A stretch of DNA of 64,000 nucleotides from Azolla caroliniana (taxonomy: Eukaryota; Plantae; Polypodiophyta), in contig JBHGNT010000005.1 of assembly GCA_043228905.1 (NCBI GenBank), forward strand, positions 13,454,001 to 13,518,000. The letters run 5' to 3'. The first letter of the stretch is position 1. Each line of letters starts with the position of its first letter. The notes under the pieces were generated by a model. The model worked only from the letters and a program-made list of their open reading frames with translations, ran no database searches and was not told where the DNA came from. The position numbers were made by a program, and so were the translations under genes. Positions 24,301 to 37,100 of this stretch are shown here, one piece after another.

Positions 24301-25694
24301 CAAGATTGGTTGCAAAGGGATATGCCCAAATGCAAGGAATTGATTATGATGAGACATTTGCACCGGTTGCAAAGATGGCAACATTGAGGACATTACTGGC
24401 TGTAGGTGCAGCCAGAAGATGGTTTCTTCATCATATGGATGTAAAAAATGCCTTTTTACATGGTAACTTGGAAGAAGAAGTGTATATGTGTTAACCACCA
24501 GGTTTTGAAGATAGGAAGCATCCAAATTATGTATGTAAGCTGAAAAAGGCTCTCTATGGACTGAAACAGGCACCAAGAACATGGCACAGGGAACTTTCAG
24601 ATTATCTGAAAAAACTTGACTTCAAAATGTCAAAGGCTGATTCATCATTGTATGTTAAAAGGAAAGATGATTGTATGGTTGTGATTCTGATTTATGTTGA
24701 TGATCTCATCATTGGAGGTGATTTCATGGATGAGATAAGTAAGCTGAAAAGAAATTTGGAAATGAAATTTCATATGAAAGATTTGGGAGATCTGAGATAT
24801 TTTTTGGGTATTGAAATCATCAGATCTGAAAGTGGTATATGTGTGTTGCAAAGACAATATGCAACAACTATGTTGAAAAAGTATGGTATGCTTGGATGCA
24901 AACCTATTGGAGTACCACTAGATAAAAACTGCAAATTGAGGGCTGATTTGGGAGCCAAAATAGAAGATGTAAACATGTACAGGTCTATGGTGGGCAGCGT
25001 TATTTATTTGACCATAACAAGACCTGATTTGAGTTATGCAGTTGGATTAGTTAGCCAATTTATGCAACAGCCAACAAAGCCGCATTTGGACTGCATTAGA
25101 AGAATTCTGAGGTATGTAAAAGCTACTCAGAACTATGGATTGTTTTACAGGGCTGATTTGGACATAAATCTGGAAGGATATACAGATGCTGATTGGGCTG
25201 GAAGCCAAACAGATAGAAGATCCACAAGTGGATATATCTTTACATTGGGAAGTGCAGGTATTTCATGGAGTAGCAAGAAACGGGCTACTGTTGCATTGTC
25301 TAGTACTGAAGCTGAGTACAGAGGAGCTGCCATAGCCACTTGTGAAGAGGTATGGATTAGAAGATTGCTTGCTGATTTGGGAGAGTATATAGACGGTACT
25401 GTCACAATCTGGTGTGACAACATGAGCAGCATTCAACTTGCAAAGAACCCTGTGTTCCATGCAAGAACAAAGCACATTGAAGTGCATTATCACTTTGTTA
25501 GAGAAAAAGTGATTGAAGGAGAAGTTGATTTGGTGTATGTGAATACAAATCAGCAGGTTGCTGATATTCTCACAAAGGGATTGAGTGTGGAAAAGCATAC
25601 ACAGTTTCGGAACATGATGGGAGTTGTAGACATTGATATGATGGCTGAAAAGCATCATGAAAAAGAAGTTGTAGATAACCCCAAGAAAGGATAA
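21345..25694 (+). pseudogene. copia C gag-pol with a single premature stop at 24492
   Basis: ORFs 21333-24494 and 24627-25694 share a frame; TAA replaces the Gln of the conserved M-x-Q-P-P-G RT motif. Confidence 0.92.
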
Positions 25695-25916
25695 GTTGAG
25701 CTTGAGGGGGAGTGTTCAGAAGCAAGCTCAACATGGTATGCGATGCTTATTGGGAAATAAGCTATAATAGTTATTTAGCTACTTGTGAACATAAAGGAGA
25801 AACAGCTAATTAGCTACTGACAGCTATTTAGCTACTGACAGCTAATTAGCTACTGACAGCTATTTAGCGACTGACAGCTAATTAGCTACAGGCAGCTAAT
25901 TAGCTGCATACGTAAG

Positions 25917-26556
25917 TGAAAAGAGAGATGATGATAGAAAAGAGAGAGAAAGAAGATATAGAAACCCAAATCTACAAAGATATATTAATAAGGAGTGATG
26001 ATCATAGAAACAAGAGAAAGAAGATACATAAACTCAAGCCTACAAGGATGAATTGATCACTAGAAAAAACGCACTACAGGAATAGGCAAGAAAAACCCCA
26101 CAAGAAAAAGGCTCTCCCTCACCACCTCACTCTTCTTGCTTTATATGAAGTTCTCCTCTAGTAGATAAGTTTCGCTTGCTTTCTTTTCCACGCTTTTTTT
26201 AGAGCTTTTCCATCTCCTATTCTTAGCTATGACACAATGATCTTCTAATCGTCATATCTCCCTCATCCATGCTCCAAATTTAGAGTTTTAAAAAGCTACG
26301 GATAGCTCTCGTCATAAGCTTTCTAACCCATATTTACACATTATATTTGGCTTCCAAACGAATGAGTTATGAGCGTTCGTTGTAGACTGCATTTTGGTGC
26401 CCGCTTTTTTCTTCTTTTACTTTTCTCCACGTGACTTGCTTTTTGTTTGACTTATCCTCAAGACCTTAGCTCGTGTTCTTGGCCTTCGGGTGTGAATGCT
26501 CCATACCTTATATTTTTGTAGACTTCAATACCTTGAATTCTAAAAACACTTTCACA
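25917..26556 (-). mobile_element. solo LTR (640 bp) inserted in the 3' LTR of copia C
   Basis: TG...CA ends, TSD GTAAG (25912-25916, 26557-26561), absent from the 5' LTR. Confidence 0.88.
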
Positions 26557-27679
26557 GTAAGTAACTTATTACTTAGGTAGAAAGTAAGAGAGTAAGAAAA
26601 GAGAGAAGAAGATATACAGGAAGTAGAACTCTGTGAGAGAGATAGAGTATAGAGAGAAAGAACTCAGAGAGTGAGAGCAAGAGAGAGAAACAAACGAGAG
26701 AAAGTAGAGCTCTGCATATAATGAAATAGAAGAAGTTTTGGCTGCTACAGAGGTAAGTCTCCTTCCCCCTTCCCTTCTGTGTTTGAGCACTAAACGATCT
26801 AGCACACCACGATCCGCCGCGCACATAAGAAGAGCTCGAGTGCCTTCTTCACGTTTTCTTAACACACAGAGCCTAAGATTATACTAATAGCCAAAGAAAT
26901 GTGGGCGGCCGAAAAGGAGGAATTAAAGAATTTATTGAGACAATATAAGGACGTCTTGGCTTGGTCATTTGAAGACATGAAAGGAGTAGATCCAACACTT
27001 TGTCAACATCAGATAAATTTACATAAAGATGCAAATCTTGTGCAACAATGCCATTCGTTACTGATTAAATCCAAACTATGCGGTGAAAGTCAAGGAAGAA
27101 TTTGACAAATTACTCAGAGTCGGATTTATTTGGCCAGTAGAAAAGGCAACTTGACTAAGTCCAATTGTAGTCGTACCTAAGAAGAATGGTAAAACTCGGG
27201 TGTGTGTCGATTACAGGAAACTCAATGCGGCTACAGTAACGAACACATTTTTGTAACACAACCAGGTCGAACGTTCTATCAAGAAATTGTGGAGTTACGA
27301 ATGGACCGTGAACTCACATACTAGGTAGCTTACGATATCATATAGATATATCTTGATCGACTAGACTAATTGACAAAATATAGCTTCAAGCAGAATATAA
27401 CTACGTCTAATAGAACAATAGATTACTCAACAGATATGCAACATAGATTTCTACTAACTAATAACTATTTTAAACTCAAAATAGACGATAGTGTTACAAT
27501 GTCTTTGGTTCCTTTTTATAGATAACCGAAAGACCGATTCATCAAGAATTACATCTTGCCTTGTCGGCAAGAACTAACCAAAACTTCTAGCTAACTTTAC
27601 TATTTATAATTATTTTTATTTAGTCAGCAAAAATGATGAATCATTGATCCGCCTTGTCAATTCAACCCCGACTCTGTGT

Positions 27680-28465
27680 TCTTTCAACCAGAAGGCCCAA
27701 ATTTGTGAAGCCTGCTAGCTTGGGAAGCAACACCGACTTCCATTCCCCAACGAGCAAAACCGGAGCTAGAACAAGCTCAACTTGATACATTCGGACGTAT
27801 GGGGATCAACACAAAACATGAGCTTAGGCGGGAGCTGATATTTCGTCTCCTTCATCGATGACTACAACCAGCACATATGGATACCTCATTGATGAGAAGA
27901 GTGAAAGTCTTCGACTATTTCCAAAACTTACAAAGTTTAGTTGAGAAGGAAACAGAGAGGAAGATTAAGTGCTTGTGGTTGGATAGCAAAAAAGAATACT
28001 TTTCCGGCCAGTTCAATAGTTATCTATAATAGAAGGGAATTCGGCAAGAATTCAGTTGTAGATATAAGTTGGAACAAAATGGCGTAGCCGAGTGAAAAAA
28101 CCAGTCGATTGTGGAGGTGGCAAGGGCTACATCCAAAATAGGATTGGGGAGAAGGTGTTAGCACACAAGCTATATTTCGTGCGGAAGCCAATCTTATGAC
28201 ACTTGACGATATTAAGTAGCATTGCATATGTGCATGTGCCCGATGAGAAGAGGAGGAAGTTGGACCTGAAGTTAGAGAAATGCATACTAGTTGGCTACTC
28301 ACATGAGCAGAAGGGGTATAAGTGTTATAACTCCCAGACCAATGAAGTTTGAGTAAGTCGTGATGTCGAATTCGACGAGCCGACATCTTGGTACTCCCTT
28401 CGACTCCCGACATCTCCAACCACTCGATCACTGATGACGAGGCCAATGAGGCCGAAATGACCGAA
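27680..28465 (+). pseudogene. decayed copia integrase fragment
   Basis: LIHSDVWG, SIAYVHVPDEKRRKLD, SRDVEFDE motifs with frameshifts. Confidence 0.75.
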
Positions 28466-28469
28466 TCTT

Positions 28470-30718
28470 GTACAAATATTCCAATAGATAAACTGTGCCA
28501 CATCCCTTGCTTTAATCGATGATGTTACTATAGCTTCTACCCACTTAATCATGTAATCAGTAGCTACCAATATGAATTCTTTACCGCTTTGGGTTCTTGG
28601 AAGGGGACCCACTGCATCGATTCCCCATTTTTCAAAGGGAGCAAAAACCAAAATAGGATGCAAAGGGCCTGCTTGAAATTGTCTTCTTCCTGCCTTTTGA
28701 CAAGCATCACACGTCTTGTACCATTCATGTATATCTTCGTGAATAGAAGGCCATGTAAAACCTGTTAATAAAATTTTCCTCAACATGATATCATGAGAAA
28801 AATGCCCTCCACAAGCCTCCTCATGCATCTTTTGTAAGATCTCCACAATTTCCTCCTTAATAGGCACTCTTCGTAAAACACCATCTTTGCCTTTACGATG
28901 ATATAAGTCCTTATCCACCATTATATATTGGGATGCTCTCACCACCAATCGTTTTCTTTGTGTAGAATTTAAACCTTTAGGAAAATCACCACCGTCAAGA
29001 AACTCACATACCTCCTCAAGAGATGTTGCATCTTTACACTCTTCCAAAATTCATATTGTCTCAAGTTTTAATTTCTTTAGTTGGTCTTGAGCAAGTGCAT
29101 CAGCCTCTTTATTGTCCAAACGACTTACATGTTTCAATTGAACTTTATGGAAACACTTAATTAAAGTTAGTGCCTCCTTAAAAAACATGCGTAAACCATC
29201 ACTTTGACATTTCCACACTCCTTGAATTTGTTTGATTACCAGAAGTGAATTACCTTTTACGATCAATCTTCTAATATCCCTTGCCTTACAAATTTGAAGG
29301 CCATAGCACAAAGTGGCGTACTCTGCTTCATTGTTGGTATTGGCATTAGATAAAATAATCCCCTCCGTGTGCACAGGATCTCCATTAGGGTCTCTAATAA
29401 CGAGGCCTCCAACCGCTGAATGTGTTGCCTTACGAAACGCTCCATCAAAGAATAACGTGAAATCATCCTCCATATCTGGTTCAGGAAGCGCATCTCTTAT
29501 CTTTGTCAATTCCTCCTCATGAAGGTTTTCTCTAAAAGTGAGAAGATCCGCCAACTCCGCACTCATGGTAGACTCAAGCTTAACCTCAAAATCATATTCA
29601 ACTAATTGGAGAGCCCATTTCATAATCCTAGCTGACACATGAATATGTTGGAGAATATATGGTAGTAAGGGCATACTAGTGATAATTATGAAGTGTTGGG
29701 AAATTAGAAAACTCCTAAACTTTTTGCATGCATAAATTAGGGTTAACATCCACTTCTCTATATCCATGAAAGTCTTTTCCACATCACTTATGGCTCTACT
29801 AATAACGTAAATAGGATGCATAAGTTTATTATGAGGATCTTGTTGCATAAGAATAGCACCAATAGCATGAGAACTAATGCTAAGAGAAAGGAAGAAAGTG
29901 GAGCTACTATTGGGAGGCTTAAGGATAGGAGCTTTTGATAATAGATATCTTATTGTATCAAAATTTTCTTTTAGAAAAGGATTCCATACAAAGGCGTTGG
30001 TGTGTAGGATGACTCTAAACAGATAAAGTACTTGGGCTAGCATATGGATAAACCTTTCAAAATAACACACCTTTTGTACAAATGTTTCCAATGACTTAAT
30101 ATCTTTTGGGTAAGGTAGAGCTTCTAGTGCTTTAACCTTTGATGGATCCACCTTAATCCCTTGAAGAGATACCACATGACCAAGCATCACCACTTCTTTT
30201 TCACCAATGCGACACTTGTCGGGGTTGAGTTGTCCTTTGCACTCATCGAGTCTTTTGAAAGCTGCCCGCACCTTCTTTAAATGATCAATCTTTTTGGTAT
30301 ATATAGCAAAATCATCTATAAACACCCTTACAAACTTTCCAAAAAAGGGTTGAAATACATGAATAGACAAACGATTAAAGGTGAAAACAACATTAGTTAA
30401 TCCAAAAGGCATACACCTATATGCAAAAGAACCCCAAGGAGTAACAAATGTGGTTTTTCTTTGGTCTTCTTTGGCGATTCTTATTTGAAAATAACCATAA
30501 TAACCATCGCAAATGGTGTATAGCTCGTGCCCAGCAATCTCATCCAAAATCTCATCCTGGAAAGGAAGGGGAAAATGATCTCGTTTGGTTAAAGCATTCA
30601 AGGGTTTGAAGTCGACACATACCCGCCATTTCCTATTCTTTTTTTGAACTATCACAACTGGTGACACCCACTCAGAATCCTCCATTGGGTAAATAAAACC
30701 TGCTCTCAACAATGCTTT
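28470..30718 (-). pseudogene. Tat-like gypsy pol fragment RT-RH-aRH-IN
   Basis: RT FIDD; second RNase H TLFFDGA...TNNEAEY...NKEADALA; integrase H-EACGGH, WGIDAVGP. Confidence 0.9.
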
Positions 30719-31009
30719 TGTTACCCCGTACGAGCTGTATGGAGAGTCAAGTGTGATGAGTGAGGGTCGAATATTATCATGATGATGTTGTATATGTGTA
30801 GGGAACATAAATGTAATTGTGAGTCGATATGTATGTGAACACATGCACACGTGTGTGCATGTGGAGGGATACGATGAGGTGTGAGTGAGTGTCCAATATG
30901 AATGCTCTAGGGGGCTTACACCCCTTTGTATCTACCCCCTCTTGTATTATTTAACCCCTTTATGGGGAATGAATGAATGAATGAACGAACATTTTCTCTC
31001 TATCTCTTT

Positions 31010-31086
<77 letters not shown>

Positions 31087-31506
31087 CTCAACGTTGAATC
31101 TCCTTGGGAGGGGGGTGGAGCCATTCTAGGCACCACCCCCCACCCCGCAATGCTTGTCAATGCACATGATCTCTCTCACCATCAATCCCATACTCTCCAT
31201 CATCATCATAACCACCATGTCTATCTTTATCATGATTATCATCGTCCTTAACCCTAACCCTAAACCGGGGTTAAATAATACAAGAGGGGGTAGATACAAA
31301 GGGGTGTAAGCCCCCTAGAGCATTCATATTGGACACTCACTCACACCTCATCGTATCCCTCCACATGCACACACGTGTGCATGTGTTCACATACATATCG
31401 ACTCACAATTACATTTATGTTCCCTACACATATACAACATCATCATGATAATATTCGACCCTCACTCATCACACTTGACTCTCCGTACAGCTCGTACGGG
31501 GTAACA
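30719..31506. mobile_element. 788-bp fold-back element with ~240-bp terminal inverted repeats (TGTTAC...GTAACA)
   Basis: 30719-30958 is the near-perfect reverse complement of 31267-31506; non-coding centre with (CT)n. Confidence 0.85.
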
Positions 31507-34106
31507 TATTACATTGAACATCTGATTTCGGAATCATGTATATGATTCTTTCTGTCCATTCATCGGGCATATTCCCTATTGAGAAAAATAAATTAACTAC
31601 TCTAGTAAGAATAGGCCCCAACACGTCCCAGTTATGCAAATAGAATACCACTCCTATGGCATCCTTTCCAGGACACACATATTTACCCAAGGATTTAGCC
31701 GTTGTCCAGACTTCAATGTTTGTAAATTGTTGAAGCAACTAGGAAGCCATTACATGAGTGCCCTTTTGTTGTAGTATTTCTAGTACAAGTTATCTCTGAT
31801 TAAGATCTTCCTCTAAGAAGGATTTAGCATTAAGATCTTCCTCGACGCAAATTAGCAATCTGTTCACTACATCGATCAACTGAAAAAGCAACTATATTTA
31901 TGAAGAAACTCTTGACATCAAAGATGGCATGAGTGATATCTTTGAGCAGAAAGGCATTAGAGAAGTTATATTTAGACCAGATTTGAGCTATAGAAAGTCT
32001 ATGAGTTTTTCATTAGCAAGCAATGAGGTCAGGATACAAAATTGCTTATATATAGGATCTTTTGGTGAATAAAATGTTTAACTTCAATGGATAATGATCA
32101 GATATTACCGTCCCGGAAATAATCCCCATAGATCTAGAAGCTTCCCAAAAAAAGTCACTAGCATAGAACCTATCCACTCGTGCCAAATTAGTTGCGACCA
32201 CACTACCATTTGACCGGGAAAAATGAAGAGAGCCTTGTATTCGAGAAATGGAGTGAATATTCCATAGGTCTAATAAACCAAAAGAGAAACAAAAGGAGTC
32301 CCAAGCTCTAGCTTCTCGGCCTGTAATTGTACTGATTGAGCCTCCCCTCCTATCAGATGCTTCTTCAATCATGTTAAAGCCACCACCCACAAGCTAAGAA
32401 TCCACTAATCCTGCGTATTTAGAAAGAGAAATCCAAAAGGAAGCTCTTTCTGCGGCTGAGTTAGAAGCATATAGATTTATAATACTAGTCTTTTGAGGTC
32501 CTATTTGAAGAATAAGGAACTGCGCCCTTTTATTCAAAATAGTACCTGTTGAGCCTATGATGGATTCCCATTGTTCTTTAATAGCCATACATAAACCAAC
32601 TTGTCTACTATTTGAACCTATCGCTGGGACCCAGAAATGTATCCATCTCCCTGGCAGGATGGAACCATAACTCCGTAGCCTATCAACGGACAAGTGATGC
32701 TCTTGCAAAAAAAGAATATCAATAGTACCAACATTAGTTGTATCTAGATCTGCACGTATAAGTCCTTTAAATCTAAGAAAGGCCTAAGCCCCTAGGCCTT
32801 GCACATTCCAGGAAAGGATATTTAACTTGTCCATACTACATATGATTTGAAGATGTCCGTTTCTCAAGGAGAACATCCTGACGATTCTTCTTAGCGCCCT
32901 CTCGAGCGCGGACTTGTCGCTTTGTTAGTAAGTCCTTCCCTGCATACTTATGAACCTTATGCTCTTTGATAGCCTTATCCAACACCTGGCCTGCTGCCAT
33001 ATCCTTCGAGGATCCAAACTTGAAACCATTTGCCTCTTTCTCTATCAATAATAATAATTCTACTTCCATTGTTTCATTTTTCTCATGAAGAGCTTTTTCT
33101 TTGTTATTATTAGTTGTAGGTATAGGTGCAGCTTCCTCCAATCGTTGGATAGTGATAACCACCATCTTCTGCTGCCCTTGCAGCTCTAGCTTTCCTTGTT
33201 CAGCTATTTCAATCTCCATGTCATCTTTGTTCTATTTCATTTTATCTGACGAGATTGTTTTAACAAGAAAACTCAACTGAGATCTCTATATAATTTTGAT
33301 AGATGGTTGACGAGATCAATGAGCCTATAGTAAGTGGCACTTGAGGAACCTCATCATCTACCTGAAGTGTTGTATATTTGTTCTGAAAGGGGGGAAATTC
33401 CTTAAGGTTATTATGTTGTACTTGTTGAGTTTTACTTGGTAGAGATGTTTTCCTATTCCCTACTATAGTCCATCCCTCAAATGAGGCCTTGTATGGAATA
33501 ATGGCCATAGAGGACTCCACTATATGAGAGGCATTATCAATCTTAGGACAATGTTTGGCCAAATGGCCAAACCCAAAACACCCAAAACATTGACTGGGCA
33601 GACCTCGGTACATGCTTTTCTGAAAATATGGAGATTGTGTTGAGTCCAACAAATTGGGCAACAGAATGTGAGACGGCAATACCTTAGCCTTAGAAACCAG
33701 AATCTTAGCTGACATCGCACCTAACATTTTTTCACCTTCTTTTCGTGGCTTATCATATACCTCTAGTACCATACCAATCATAACAACAATTAAAGCGACA
33801 GAAGTTATCCATTCTTTACCCAGGTTCGAGAGAACCACCATACATGCAAAAAGAGAGTCAAAGTCATGGTGTACCTGGTTTGCCAAGAAATTGTGGATCC
33901 ATTTGTGAAAAGAAATCCATCCTCCCTTGACTATGATAGCTTTCCTTTCTACCAAAAATGGTACCATTGGATCTGATTCAAACTCGAGTTGATAATAATT
34001 CCTTCCTAACATTTGCACATCCACAATATTATCAACATCCTGTTTCAAAGTAACTTGTAGCAATAAACGTAGATCAACATGCAGCATACGAATCCCCAAC
34101 ACACGT

Positions 34107-37100
34107 TGTCGCGTTGTTACGCGCGTGCGTGGAGAAGGGCGGGACCACGGGGGTCTTGGACTAAGGAGTAGAGGAGAAGGAATCGGACATGGAATGGAAG
34201 CTTTGCTCAAGAAGAAGAAGAATGAACAAGAGATTAGATCGAACAAGAGGAAGATGGAGACAAGATGATCAACAAGATGTATTAAAACGAAATGAACGAT
34301 TACAAAATGGTGGCCGCATAAGCCACACCAAACGACTACTCGAAACCCTAACCGTCGAAGATGAAGATAAAGATAAAGAAACCCTAACCCTAACCCTAAC
34401 GCTCGACCTATGTGGTATACCTCGCACACTCAAAATAGGCAACCCCCACAATGGTGCCTTCCCTCTCCTTTTATAGCACAAGGAGGGAAGACCGTTTACA
34501 AAAGTGAGATTAAAATATCCCCTTTCATTCAAAGGGGATATTTGCCTTGATTTGGGGAGGGTGAGATTGATGGCCCCTTAACTCCCACCTCCACACAAAC
34601 AATTAGGTACCTATGTACCACATAGTACCTCTCTCTCTCTCGCGCGTGGATGTGCGCATAAGACCACATCACCTTTATACCTTAGGGATCCTATGGGGCA
34701 TTTCTAGCACCATACACTTTACCCTTATTACTATTACAAATACATTATGTACGTGTGCAACATTGCACATCGCTCTTTGGCTCTCGTTGCTCGGGTTTCC
34801 GCTTGTGGACGAAAATCTTCACGACATCCGCCCCCACCTAACCGCACATCCACCGGTATGTATGTGCCAAAACATAGGGGTGAGAACACGAGATTTTCGG
34901 CCACGACGACCGACCAAGTCCTTAGCGTCCTCGTGGGCCTGCCCGATTTTGTCTTCCACTTCGAGCAAGACCACCCCGTCCACACGAACCACCGCCGCCT
35001 TCCGGTCCACCATCCTCGCCGAATGGTCTCGAACCGTCGGCGCCATCCGATCCGCCACACTCGACGATGTTCGCCGAGTCGTTGCCTCCACCCGATCCGC
35101 CACGTCCACCGTGGGTCCTTGAACCACCGACTACATCCAACCCGCCGTATCTGATGCCCGTGCTTTCCTCCCCATTCGGTCCTCCCGAACGTCGTCGCCA
35201 ACCCGGTTGCTCTTCCGTTGTCCGCCTCGTATATCCTCCGGATGCGCTCCCGGTCTCATGCCGGATTCCGCCCTTTGCGTGCCGCACACCTCGGCGTGCC
35301 GACTCTCTCCGCTCCGTGCTTGCCTTCCGTAGGCTTTCCCCGTTGTTCACCGTGCTCTCTCGCGGTAGAGTGTGCCATCACCCCGTCGTTACCACTTCGC
35401 CTCGACTCGCGCCCTGTTGGCCCGATTGGCCTCGCATGTCCTTTGGGACACCGCGTTTTCTCTTCCCGGTGCGTAGCCCTCCGTTCTCCACGCACCTCCT
35501 CCGTTCTCTTCCCGGTGCGTAGCCCATGTCATCGATCTTGGTGTTTCGCCGCGCCATCCTTCATCCCGCGCTTGCCTCTCGAAGGCTTGACCCGACCATC
35601 ATCGTCGGTCAATCGTTGTCGCCCATCCGCCGTATGCATGCTTGTGTCTTGGCCCTCCACCGGCCGTATTGCATGCGTCTCATGTCGTGCTTCCGCCGTA
35701 GACCCGACCTCCGCGTCGGTCTCCAACTCCTCGCCACCACCCACCATTTCTTCGTTCTCCTTTCGATCCGCGACCGCCGATGCCTCACGGGTAGGTGTGG
35801 AGGGTTCCTCCCACTCTCGGTCCACCACCGAGTCCTCGCCTCTCAAAGGCGCAATCGGTCCACTGTTTCCGGTCACTCGTGGACGCTCCCCCGAGTGCAT
35901 GCTTGTTCCTTGACCCTCCGCCGACCGTAGTGCATGCTTCACTTCACGCTCATCCGCCGTAGACCCGACGTCCGCGTTGGTCTCTTCGTCCTTCCCACAC
36001 CGGGCATCCGCTCCGGTACCCGATTCCGCATTGTCTTCCAACTCCTCGCCGCCACCCGCCATCTCTTCGGTCTTCCGTTGATCCGCAACCGCCAAAGTCT
36101 CAAGCATAGGTGTGGAGGGCTCCTCTTGCTCTCGGCCTCTCACCGACCCGTACTCATCGTGCCCGACTACGAATCGATCAAGCAATCCCGGTCTTGTCGG
36201 CTTCCTTCGGTTCGGGCCCGGTTGACCGGCCCCCGCTTCACTCTTCTTCCGCTCCGCCTCCCGGTCGGGTCGGATTACCGACCGGCTCATCTTTCGGTCG
36301 GGTCGGTTCCTGTCTCGCTCCTCGATGCCGCTCCGGACCTCTCCTTCGGTCTTATGTCCGCGCTCGGGCGCAACCGCCGAAGTCTCCGGCCCCGGTGTCG
36401 AGGGATCTCGCCTCCGTCCGCTACAAACCTCCTCTTCGTCATTTCGGTTGCCTGCCTTGCCACTGCCACCGTCCGTCTCTCTAGGTCTCACACCGGCTCT
36501 TGGGCCGGCTGTTGGAGTCTCTAGGACCGGTGTGTGGAAGATCGGGGCACCACCGCTCGTCTCCTCTTCTTCCTCGATTTCGCAAGCCTCGAGTATTGTC
36601 GCGAAATCCTCGTAGAACGTTTCAGGCAACCGCGTCCTGAAACTTTCGCCCACCGTCCTCTTTCCACAAGTCGAGAGGGTCGCTCGCTCCGCACCCTCTC
36701 CCACATCGTCGCCGTGGTCGCCCGCCTTGCCGCCGCCACTGTTCGTTACCCTAGGTCTCACGCGGGCACTCGAGCCGGCCACCGGGGTCTCTTGAACTGG
36801 TGCGTGTAAGGTAGTTGAACAAGTGCGTGTAAGGTAGCAACGCCGCCGTTCATCGATGGTATGCCCGTAGCAACCTCCATTTGGACATCGTCGTCCGTGT
36901 CTACCTCGCCTCCGTATATGCAAGCATCAATTATGCTTGCCGTCTCCTCTTCCACGGTCTCCATACCGTTGTCTTGGTTGCTCGCCTTGCCGCCGCCACC
37001 GCCCGTCGCTCTAGGTCTCACGCCGGCAATCGGGCCGACCGCCGGTGCCTCTAGGGCCAGTGTGTGTAAGGTCGCGGCACCACCACTTGTCTCCTCCTCA

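Larger units (their letters stand above)
20717..26864 (+). mobile_element. near-intact Ty1/copia element C
   Basis: LTRs 20717-21205 and 25713-26864 (interrupted); TSD CACAG (20712-20716, 26865-26869); PBS TGGTATCAGAGC 21206-21217; PPT TTGAGGGGGAG before 25713. Confidence 0.97.
19600..27251 (+). mobile_element. non-chromovirus gypsy (Tat-like) gag-PR-RT remnant interrupted by copia C
   Basis: Protease TIVDVGSRVNVI...LLFGRPWL; LEELNLADTNT|EPKIILIAKEM continuous across the insertion; RT start RVCVDYRKLN. Confidence 0.8.

Noticed and set aside
24492-24494. Stop-codon readthrough in copia C
   Set aside because: Falls mid-RT at a conserved Gln (CAA>TAA); an ordinary nonsense mutation
29051-30850. 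N-terminal ~45 aa of the 599-aa ORF
   Set aside because: Read-in from the fold-back arm; pol homology starts at 30718
34379-34400. (CCCTAA)3 telomere-like repeat (also ~38157 and ~31247)
   Set aside because: Too short for an interstitial telomere; part of TE ends, at most a telo-box
33260-34429. 389-aa ORF as a novel gene
   Set aside because: Chimera of LTR sequence and LINE ORF1 across the insertion junction at 34107
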